Shown here piece after piece: positions 18,076-25,034 of a stretch of DNA of 39,957 bases. Position numbers and translations under genes: made by a program. The notes under the pieces were generated by a model. The model had not been told where the DNA came from. It saw only the letters and a program-made list of their open reading frames with translations, and ran no database searches. Position 1 is the stretch's first letter. Every line of letters begins with the position of its first letter. The stretch comes from a virus. Taxonomy: Duplodnaviria; Caudoviricetes. The DNA lies in IMG/VR virus record IMGVR_UViG_3300029821_000130, positions 1 through 39,957 of that record, one strand, 5' to 3'.

Positions 18076-18278
18076 GCTCTTTGATTTTGTGGTGCTTTGC
18101 TTATCACTATTTTACCCTGTTCAACTGTAAGGATCACAGTTTCAAAACTGTTGAATCCTGCCTGTTTTAGCCAATTTCCCTCAATTCTCAAAGTAGGGTA
18201 AAAAGTCCGCTCGTTGTATTTTCTGTTCCTCGTCTTTTCTTGAATTGTAAGGCTTCGGAATTTGACAAGTTTTCCCAT
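18072..18278 (-). CDS. symE: SymE-family (AbrB-fold) toxin-like protein
   Basis: YPTLRIEGNWLKQAGF...VILTVEQGKIVI matches the SymE pattern P.L.L.G.WL..AGF...V.V.V..G.LVI. Confidence 0.75.
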   Translation of the reverse strand: MGKLVKFRSLTIQEKTRNRKYNERTFYPTLRIEGNWLKQAGFNSFETVILTVEQGKIVISKAPQNQRA

Positions 18279-18625
18279 TATGCCGCCCTCCTTTCAGATT
18301 GTTGATTAACCTGTAAGTTGCTGAATAAATAACAGATAGGATAAAAATCCATTTTTTTATCCTCGTCTTGTTCTTGGTGTTCAACCCTGTTCAGTTTCTT
18401 AGGTGTCGCCCAGACTGCAAAGGCTTTACTTCCGCTTTTTACTCTGTACCCTTTTTTATTCCATTCCCAAAGCGTGTTAAATTCTTGGTGTCCGTCTTGC
18501 CTGTAAAACATTTCTATAACTGCTTCGTTTACGGTTTCATATTGCCCCGATTTAACAAGCGGTTTAACTACTTTGCTCAAGGCTTTTAACGCTTCTCTCC
18601 GTTCTTTGTGTTGGCTCTTTTCCAT
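18278..18625 (-). CDS. ArdC N-terminal-like ssDNA-binding domain protein (DUF1738-like)
   Basis: FNTLWEWNKKGYRVKSGSKAFAVW...FYPICYLFSNLQV matches the ArdC-N pattern T..QW...G..V.KG.KA...VF...Q. Confidence 0.75.
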   Translation of the reverse strand: MEKSQHKERREALKALSKVVKPLVKSGQYETVNEAVIEMFYRQDGHQEFNTLWEWNKKGYRVKSGSKAFAVWATPKKLNRVEHQEQDEDKKMDFYPICYLFSNLQVNQQSERRAA

Positions 18626-18679
18626 AGCTGTAGAAATTAAGGCCGGCCGATCAAATGACCTGCCGGCCGGTTAAAAAAA

Positions 18680-19147
18680 TCAGGCTGCCAAAAGTTTAGA
18701 TTCAATTTCTGAAATTTTGCTTTTAACATTGTTAATACAAATGTCTATCATGGCTTCAACTGCGCCCGGGTCGTTACTTATGAAATCCTGACCATCACCA
18801 CCGTTATACAGTTTTAATGAGGTGTTCACATTTATACGGCTTCTGAAATCGTGCAATTTATTCAACTGCTGCAAGTGGTTGTGGTGCTGTTCTGTCAGGA
18901 AAAATTTTTCCTGAACTGTGCGAATGATGTCATAAACATTAATCTTTTCCGGCTTTGCTTCCGGTGCTGGCTTTGCTTCCGGTGCTGGTTTTGCTTCCGG
19001 TGCTGTTTTACTTTCGGGTTCTTCTGTTTTCTCGCCTGGCTGTTCCTGGCTTTCTGGTTTCAATACCTGCATAACTGGATTGACCTGGTTTAATTCGGTT
19101 TCTGTTTGGGCTGCTGCGTTTCCTGCCCTGCGTGTTACTTTTGTCAT
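18680..19147 (-). CDS. Hypothetical protein with APEAKP repeats (first gene of the minus-strand operon)
   Basis: Likely start ATG 19147 (MTKVTRR) downstream of the promoter; low-complexity N-half and helical C-half. Confidence 0.7.
   Translation of the reverse strand: MTKVTRRAGNAAAQTETELNQVNPVMQVLKPESQEQPGEKTEEPESKTAPEAKPAPEAKPAPEAKPEKINVYDIIRTVQEKFFLTEQHHNHLQQLNKLHDFRSRINVNTSLKLYNGGDGQDFISNDPGAVEAMIDICINNVKSKISEIESKLLAA
18951..19004. repeat. 18-bp tandem repeat x3 (GGYTTTGCTTCCGGTGCT)
   Basis: Seen directly; encodes (APEAKP)3 on the minus strand. Confidence 0.9.
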
Positions 19148-19190
19148 TGTGTTTGTTTTTGGTGAAACATTAATAGTTTGAAATACACTA

Positions 19191-19222
19191 TAAATATACA
19201 ACCTATATTTTAAATATGCAAA
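19191..19222 (-). promoter_or_regulatory. Host-type (Bacteroidota sigmaA) promoter for the minus-strand operon
   Basis: Minus strand reads TTTG-N20-TATATTTA, which also reads as TTGCAT-N17-TATATT. Confidence 0.6.
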
Positions 19223-19622
19223 TTTATTTTTTTATAAAACGCTAAATAACAGTTGATTAAGTGTACATAGATATTTTATTTTATCCTGTCGCCTTGTTAG
19301 ATCACATCAGAATCGTTAAAAATATTTTTTCAATTCCGGAAATGTTTGGCAATCTGAAAGGCTCTCAGATCGCTCCTATTTATTTTATTGTAATCGGTTG
19401 AATGTGAGTAAAAAAAGGGGTTAAACAGGGGAACTTTTCCCTTTTTTGCGTCTAAAGATCCCGCGCCGCGCTGAGGGTGCACGGCAATTGCCACATGAAT
19501 AATTTTATGTAATATGCTGGTGGTGTTCATATGTAGAATGATTCTAAACAGCGGGCGCCGTTGTATGCTCTATCGTGTAAAATTTATAATTTAGCACGAT
19601 AAACCAATTAAACTATATAATA

Positions 19623-19931
19623 ATGGACAATTCAAGAATTTTAAGAGCATATGTTGCTCCGATTGAAATGATGATAAGAAGGAAATTTACTCAAGCAGAG
19701 TTGACAAGTTTTGAAAACAGAGTTGCTGATTTCTATAGACAATGTTGTGAACTGGATAAGAAGAGGTTTATAGATGAGGTAAAACAAGAGTTTGGTTTTG
19801 AAGCTGAAATGGCAAGGTTTGTTATAAATGATTTAAAAATCAGTATTATAGCACGGAATGTATTGTTCTTTTTCTGGTTGACAATAGTATCAATGATTTT
19901 GTATGCTATAGTTTTAATGAGTAATATTTAG
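19623..19931 (+). CDS. AT-rich moron with a C-terminal transmembrane helix
   Basis: 102 aa; hydrophobic tail VLFFFWLTIVSMILYAIVLM. Confidence 0.7.
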   Translation: MDNSRILRAYVAPIEMMIRRKFTQAELTSFENRVADFYRQCCELDKKRFIDEVKQEFGFEAEMARFVINDLKISIIARNVLFFFWLTIVSMILYAIVLMSNI

Positions 19932-19940
19932 TATCAACTG

Positions 19941-19974
19941 TTTGTTGACATTATATATTTATGGTGTATATTTG
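19941..19974 (+). promoter_or_regulatory. Host-type promoter with a perfect TAnnTTTG (-7) element
   Basis: TTTGTTGACA...TATATTTG (19967-19974). Confidence 0.7.
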
Positions 19975-20052
19975 CCTATCGTTTTGGTTCACCTAAAACG
20001 AACGTCAAAACAACCGCCAAAAATGTACTTAGTTAACACATTGAACTTAATA

Positions 20053-20132
20053 GGGGAAACCCTCATATTTCTTGCCAGGCAACTGGTAACACCCTTGGCG
20101 GGGTGTTTGACGGGAAGTATGGGGGTTTTTCC
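20053..20132 (+). ncRNA. C4/CI-like antisense RNA (three-way junction)
   Basis: Outer stem 20053-20071 pairs with 20114-20132; GNRA hairpin TTGCCAG-GCAA-CTGGTAA; hairpin AACACCC-TTGGCG-GGGTGTT; complementary heptamers CGTCAAA and CCGCCAA lie upstream at 20003-20020. Confidence 0.6.
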
Positions 20133-20147
20133 ATTAGGAGAAATGTT

Positions 20148-20336
20148 ATGGAAGATGAAGAATCACTTGAATTTTGGAAATGGAAGTGCAAAACTCTTGA
20201 AGAGTTAATTGCTGTTCATGAGGCTTCAATAATTGAATTTGAGGCCGCTAAGGATAAATTGATTAATGCGAAGCAATCTCTAAAAGAAGCAAGAGCTTTT
20301 ACATTAGATGATTACTTTAAGCAAAAACAAAAGTAA
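20148..20336 (+). CDS. Small coiled-coil protein downstream of the C4-like RNA
   Basis: AGGAG at 20136-20140 precedes ATG 20148; 62 aa; followed by a terminator. Confidence 0.6.
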   Translation: MEDEESLEFWKWKCKTLEELIAVHEASIIEFEAAKDKLINAKQSLKEARAFTLDDYFKQKQK

Positions 20337-20351
20337 CGTGCTTTAAATCAC

Positions 20352-20386
20352 ACCGGTTGTATTGTTCAATACAGCCGGTTTTTTTT
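20352..20386 (+). terminator. Rho-independent terminator
   Basis: ACCGGTTGTATTG-TT-CAATACAGCCGGT followed by a T run. Confidence 0.8.
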
Positions 20387-20421
20387 GTCCTTTAGAAACG
20401 AGATTTACTGGTATAAATTAG
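20387..20421 (+). promoter_or_regulatory. Putative late promoter 2 (GTCCTTT-N20-TAAATTAG)
   Basis: Motif copy with exact 20-nt spacing, abutting the upstream terminator. Confidence 0.65.
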
Positions 20422-20466
20422 CAATCTCAATGGTTATTTAATTCATTATTCACAAATCAAAAAAAC

Positions 20467-20913
20467 ATGAAAAAGTTACTTTTCATTTTTGCACTCCTGG
20501 TTCTCTCGATCGGGTTCACCAACGCCGGCTCTGTTGCCGACCAGTCTCCACCCGGCAATGCGACTGAAGTAAACGGCCTGCAGGTAGAACTGATGGTTAT
20601 GGCTATCGTTCCCTGTCAGGCTTCAGTTGCTATTATGCCGGTTGCAGATTACCAATTCAGTACTTATGCACGGCTTATTTGGCCAACTGCATTTATTGAT
20701 GTTATGTATTGCTCTAGTGGCGGAATTCCCTTTAGATGGCTTAACTCCGACATGACAGCGATAACTACTAAGGATGCAGATTTCAGTTTCAAATATAAAA
20801 AGCCTATGGTTTACCCTTTGAAAACACTATTATTTCAAAGATTGAATTTGGCTCCATGCACACAGAATCTTTCCAATGCACCTGTTTATATACGTTGCCC
20901 TGCCTTCTCCTAG
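20467..20913 (+). CDS. Secreted (Sec signal peptide) hypothetical protein
   Basis: MKKLLFIFALLVLSIGFTNA signal peptide; flanked by its own promoter motif and terminator. Confidence 0.65.
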   Translation: MKKLLFIFALLVLSIGFTNAGSVADQSPPGNATEVNGLQVELMVMAIVPCQASVAIMPVADYQFSTYARLIWPTAFIDVMYCSSGGIPFRWLNSDMTAITTKDADFSFKYKKPMVYPLKTLLFQRLNLAPCTQNLSNAPVYIRCPAFS

Positions 20914-20934
20914 TTGCTTGTTTAAGTGAAGCCG

Positions 20935-20967
20935 AAGCCCCCCTGCTGTGAAGCCCGGGGGCTTTTT
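20935..20967 (+). terminator. Rho-independent terminator
   Basis: AAGCCCCC...GGGGGCTT followed by a T run. Confidence 0.75.
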
Positions 20968-20970
20968 GTT

Positions 20971-21005
20971 GTCCTTTAAAATTGAGCCTTGATGCTGTAA
21001 ACTTG
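20971..21005 (+). promoter_or_regulatory. Putative late promoter 3 (GTCCTTT-N20-TAAACTTG)
   Basis: Motif copy preceding the portal operon. Confidence 0.75.
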
Positions 21006-21020
21006 TAGAAAAAAGAAAAC

Positions 21021-21242
21021 ATGGTTTTAATCAATCATCTGCATAAAATGGTAGAGCGCGGATTGTTCTCCATAAGCTTCGTGGCTGAATCAGGCGAAGT
21101 GATACACATAAAGGAGTGTATTTGCACCAGTTGGCATTCAGCCGGTCGTACAATGAATATCAAGATCATTCCCTCAAATGAGATCCGCACGGTGAGGCGA
21201 TGTACTATTATTAACTACAACGACGAGGAGGTGATGTTATGA
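21021..21242 (+). CDS. Small pre-portal protein
   Basis: 73 aa, ATGA-coupled to the portal gene. Confidence 0.75.
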   Translation: MVLINHLHKMVERGLFSISFVAESGEVIHIKECICTSWHSAGRTMNIKIIPSNEIRTVRRCTIINYNDEEVML

Positions 21243-22576
21243 GCGAAGAATATGTATTTGATGTGCAATATAGCCCTGAAATTCAGGCAATAATTGCAGA
21301 AACCAAAACCGGAGATATTTTCAGCGAGCCCGACAGCCCAATCACTATAAATGAAAGAAGAATTGCTCCATGGGGAACTGACAACAATCTCCCAGGGGAG
21401 GTTCTGGCGATGATTGAAAAAAGTGAGCTTGTTTCAAGTAATCTGAATTTTAATACCCGGTTGGCCTATGGTCAGGGAATTATGCCAATGCTTAAAAAAC
21501 GCGATGGCGATAAGTATGTTTATGAACCCTGCGAAGATACCAGGGTACTTGAATTTTTGGAAGCAAACGACATTCAGGGTTATTTTCTTGAGCAATGCAC
21601 CGATCTGGAAACATTTTTCAACGTATTCCCGGAAATAATCCTCAATAAAGCCAGGAATGAAATTGTAACCATCAGGCACAAAGAGGCAACCTTCAGCAGA
21701 TGGGCAGTTAAGGATGTAAAGAAAAAGGAGATCCGGAAACATTATTATGCCGATTGGTCAAAAACGCCATCGTTTAATGATATGGAAGAAACTGAGGTAT
21801 TAAGCCGTTTCAATACTATAAAGGACTTAAATGATATAGTTTCCGGTACAAAACTTTCACGATTTATTATTCCAATAAATTTCCCAACGGCCGGCAAAGT
21901 TTACTATCAGCGCCCTTCTTATTGGTCTATCTTCCAAAGCGGATCCTTTGACTTCAGTACAATGATATGGGAGTTTAAAAAGGCTCTTCTTAAAAACGGG
22001 CTCAGGGTTAAGTATATTATCTACGTTTCAAGTAAATACTGGGATAAGATATTCGCTGAAGAAAAGATCGACAGGAACGATCCCAAGGCCGTGAAAGCTC
22101 GCAAAGATGCTGAAATAGCGAAATTCCGCAACTTCATGGGATCTGACAAAAACCACGGAAACGGTTTGATGGCCACAAAAGAAATGGTTGCATCAGGAAA
22201 CAGCGCGATCGAGGAAAAATACATCACTGTTGAGACGATTCCATCTGACATAAAAGGCGGTGAATATCTTGATGACAGCTCAGAAGTTAGCAGCATGATC
22301 AGCTATGCAATGGATGTTCATCAGAACCTGATTGCCACATCTCCAGGAAAGAATCCGGGAAGTATGAGCGGCACCGATAAACGTGAGTTATTCATGATTA
22401 AAGCTGCAATGAAAAGGCCATTTCGGGACCGGTTAATCAGACCAATGCAAGTTGTTAAGGCTTTCAACAAATGGCCGGCGAACCTTGAATTTCTTGTGCC
22501 GGATTACCAGTTTACCACACTTGATGACAATAAAAAAGGCAAAGAAGAAACCACACCAGATCCAAACGCAAAATGA
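21239..22576 (+). CDS. Portal protein (probable)
   Basis: 445 aa; PWGTDNNLP, YYQRPSY and SGTDKRE segments; size and position fit a portal. Confidence 0.75.
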   Translation: MSEEYVFDVQYSPEIQAIIAETKTGDIFSEPDSPITINERRIAPWGTDNNLPGEVLAMIEKSELVSSNLNFNTRLAYGQGIMPMLKKRDGDKYVYEPCEDTRVLEFLEANDIQGYFLEQCTDLETFFNVFPEIILNKARNEIVTIRHKEATFSRWAVKDVKKKEIRKHYYADWSKTPSFNDMEETEVLSRFNTIKDLNDIVSGTKLSRFIIPINFPTAGKVYYQRPSYWSIFQSGSFDFSTMIWEFKKALLKNGLRVKYIIYVSSKYWDKIFAEEKIDRNDPKAVKARKDAEIAKFRNFMGSDKNHGNGLMATKEMVASGNSAIEEKYITVETIPSDIKGGEYLDDSSEVSSMISYAMDVHQNLIATSPGKNPGSMSGTDKRELFMIKAAMKRPFRDRLIRPMQVVKAFNKWPANLEFLVPDYQFTTLDDNKKGKEETTPDPNAK

Positions 22577-23421
22577 TAATCGACGATATCATAAAACTCA
22601 AAGAAATTATCCCCACGATCGCAGTATCTGATGATGCCGATTTTAACAGGTATAAAGGCTATTTGACCAACGCTGGCAAATGGCTGAAGCGAGAATTAAT
22701 CGGTGCTGAATTATTTGCCCTGGCAAATGCCGAAACTGTGGCAGATAATTATACAGAGCTGAAGGATTATTGCGCTGTGGTTGTAGCCTATAAGGGATAT
22801 CTGGAGGCAATCCCGTTTCTTGATCTTGTTGAAACAGAAACAGGCTTTGCAGTACACAGCGATCAAACTCTGGCACCAGCTAGCCCAAAAAGGGTTGAAG
22901 AATTGCGAAAAGCAACAGCCGCAAGTCTTGATGAGGCCGTGGAGGATCTTCTGGAATTTCTGGAAGAAAGCGAAGCTTATCACGAAGATTGGAAAGGATC
23001 TGCAACCTATACCCTGATCAATGACAATTATATTAAGTCGCTCAGGGAGTTTAGGAAGTACGGAAAGTTTGAAGGTTCCCGGATTGATTTTATTAAAGCA
23101 CGGCCGGCACTCACCCGGGCACGCAGGCAATTAATTGAGCCAGTGATATCGCAAGAGCTGAGCGAGCAGATTATAGAACAAATACGTGATGTTGACCTTA
23201 ACGAAGCAAATACCGCTATAATTGAAGATTTGCGCTTTGCCCTGGCTGGATTTGCCACTGGCGAAAATGCACTTGCTGAAAGCTCACTGGCTCGTGTAAG
23301 GAAAAAACTTATCAAGACTCCAGCCGATTATCCTTTATTCGAAGAATCTGATATCTATGCGGATTATCTGGCAAGGCTTAATCCTCCGGAAGAAACTACA
23401 TTTTTAAACTGCGGAATATGA
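22573..23421 (+). CDS. Putative head-tail adaptor (DUF6712-like)
   Basis: 282-aa helical protein directly after the portal gene. Confidence 0.55.
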   Translation: MIIDDIIKLKEIIPTIAVSDDADFNRYKGYLTNAGKWLKRELIGAELFALANAETVADNYTELKDYCAVVVAYKGYLEAIPFLDLVETETGFAVHSDQTLAPASPKRVEELRKATAASLDEAVEDLLEFLEESEAYHEDWKGSATYTLINDNYIKSLREFRKYGKFEGSRIDFIKARPALTRARRQLIEPVISQELSEQIIEQIRDVDLNEANTAIIEDLRFALAGFATGENALAESSLARVRKKLIKTPADYPLFEESDIYADYLARLNPPEETTFLNCGI

Positions 23422-24182
23422 CACAAACAGTAAGCATAACCATCCCCCAGGGATGGGAAAAACTCAGTACTGAAAACCTTGAGTACTTATCAAAGCTCAT
23501 CATTTCCGAAGCATCGGAAACAGAGATTATGATCAGATGCTTTCTGAAGTTTGCAGGTATGAAAATCATAAAAAAAGATCCGGTTGTGGTTGGCTCTGAT
23601 CTTTGCTACTTGTTCAGGAAAAAAGGATATAAAAATTTCTTATTTGATATTGAGCGGGCTGCATTTGCTGCCGAAAAAATGAGATTCCTGGTTAATCCTC
23701 CAACGCTGTTCAGGCTTCCGGAGCGGGTTAAAAATTATGTGCCGATTGATTGGCGATTGTTCAGCGTAAGTCTTGAAGAATATCTTTTGCTCGATCAGTA
23801 TTACAATGAATTTCTAAAGACACGGAAAGCATCAGATCTTGATGTAATGATGGCAATTGCTTACAAACCAAAGGGCGAAAAATTTGATGTTTCAATACTC
23901 GCAAAATTGGCTAACCGGTTCAAAAAAGTTCCTTTGTACCGGAAGTACATAGTTTACTTGTGGTTTACTGCAGTTAAAGCCTGGTTCATTAATAAATACT
24001 GGTTTGCTTTTAACAGATCCTCCGGAGGCGGAGAATCAACCCCCGATGAAATGGTACTGGGCATTCTCTCGGCGCTCAATGGCGGAAATGTTACGCTGAA
24101 TAAAGAGATACTTGCCACCAGTGTTCACGAAGTACTTTACGAAATCAATCAATTAATTGAAAGGACTGAGAACAATGTTTAA
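23418..24182 (+). CDS. Hypothetical protein (possible tail assembly chaperone)
   Basis: IPQGWEKLS start; located between adaptor and tape measure genes. Confidence 0.65.
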   Translation: MTQTVSITIPQGWEKLSTENLEYLSKLIISEASETEIMIRCFLKFAGMKIIKKDPVVVGSDLCYLFRKKGYKNFLFDIERAAFAAEKMRFLVNPPTLFRLPERVKNYVPIDWRLFSVSLEEYLLLDQYYNEFLKTRKASDLDVMMAIAYKPKGEKFDVSILAKLANRFKKVPLYRKYIVYLWFTAVKAWFINKYWFAFNRSSGGGESTPDEMVLGILSALNGGNVTLNKEILATSVHEVLYEINQLIERTENNV

Positions 24183-24609
24183 CACATTCGAATATCTCGA
24201 CAGTGTGAAAGCTGAATTGCCTATACATGAAATACTCAAGGCTTCAGGTATCACCAGAATGGAAGAAATGTTGCAGAACATTCGCAACCTGGGCGAAAAT
24301 GTAATCGTTGCCCGTGATAGTGCAGATGGTCACCTGAACATGAAAGATCGCAGACTCGATCACGGTTACAACATGTTTTATGTATTCTCCAGGGCAAAGG
24401 TTAATGATCAGCAGTCGGTTCTGCAGGCCAAAAGGAATTCTATGGTTAATGGCATTAAAATACTCGAGCGCATCAAGCGCGATTCTGAAGATTTCTCACA
24501 GGCAGCCTTTGGAGTTAATTTCTCACGGATCGATTACAATGAACTAGGTCCAATTGCCGGAACCTTTTACGGATATTCATTTGGATTTTTGGTTGAACAA
24601 GGATTCTGA
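24175..24609 (+). CDS. Putative tail completion/terminator protein
   Basis: Likely start ATG 24175; the call is positional. Confidence 0.6.
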   Translation: MFNTFEYLDSVKAELPIHEILKASGITRMEEMLQNIRNLGENVIVARDSADGHLNMKDRRLDHGYNMFYVFSRAKVNDQQSVLQAKRNSMVNGIKILERIKRDSEDFSQAAFGVNFSRIDYNELGPIAGTFYGYSFGFLVEQGF

Positions 24610-25034
24610 TGGCAGAAAATCTGAACCTAAACCTAACGCTTGAGGCCTGGGCTGAAATCGTGATAAAGGAATGGCTTTTGGCTATGGAAGCTTTAAGGGT
24701 TGTAGATACCTATACACTGATCGAAAGTTTGGAGAGTAAAATATTGGTAGACTCAGGCGGTGATCCCTATAAGATCTTATTTGCTTTTGAATGGTATGGT
24801 AGAATGGTTGATTATGGGGTAGGAAGGTATGTTAATCTTGAAGACCGGGACGCTATGATTGCGGCCGGCTTAACCACACGGCGACCAAAGCCCTGGCTAA
24901 CCGATACTTTTTACAAGCAATTGGAAGTGTTAAGGCATTTGCTTGAAGAGAAACATGCAAAGCGAATTGAATATTTGGTTGTGCGAAACCTTGATGATAA
25001 TGCTGATTACGGACATAATGAATTAAAAGTATGA
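24609..25034 (+). CDS. Putative neck/tail completion protein (HK97 gp10-like position)
   Basis: YGRMVDYGVG...RRPKPWL resembles the Y..FVE.GT...RPF pattern. Confidence 0.6.
   Translation: MAENLNLNLTLEAWAEIVIKEWLLAMEALRVVDTYTLIESLESKILVDSGGDPYKILFAFEWYGRMVDYGVGRYVNLEDRDAMIAAGLTTRRPKPWLTDTFYKQLEVLRHLLEEKHAKRIEYLVVRNLDDNADYGHNELKV

Noticed and set aside
19330-19530. 66-aa minus-strand ORF
   Set aside because: It overlaps a palindrome-rich, probably cis-acting region and has no protein-like features.
17670-19620. Minus-strand operon as a site-specifically invertible segment or IS
   Set aside because: No terminal inverted repeats, target duplication or transposase were seen at the boundaries.
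19942-20208. 88-aa ORF from the track
   Set aside because: Its TTG start lies inside the promoter and it overlaps both the structured RNA and the better-supported ORF at 20148. Only the part from ATG 20023 is kept as a possible leader peptide.
23418-25034. Programmed -1 frameshift of a tail assembly chaperone
   Set aside because: The three ORFs have their own coupled ATG starts, and no convincing slippery heptamer was seen near their ends.
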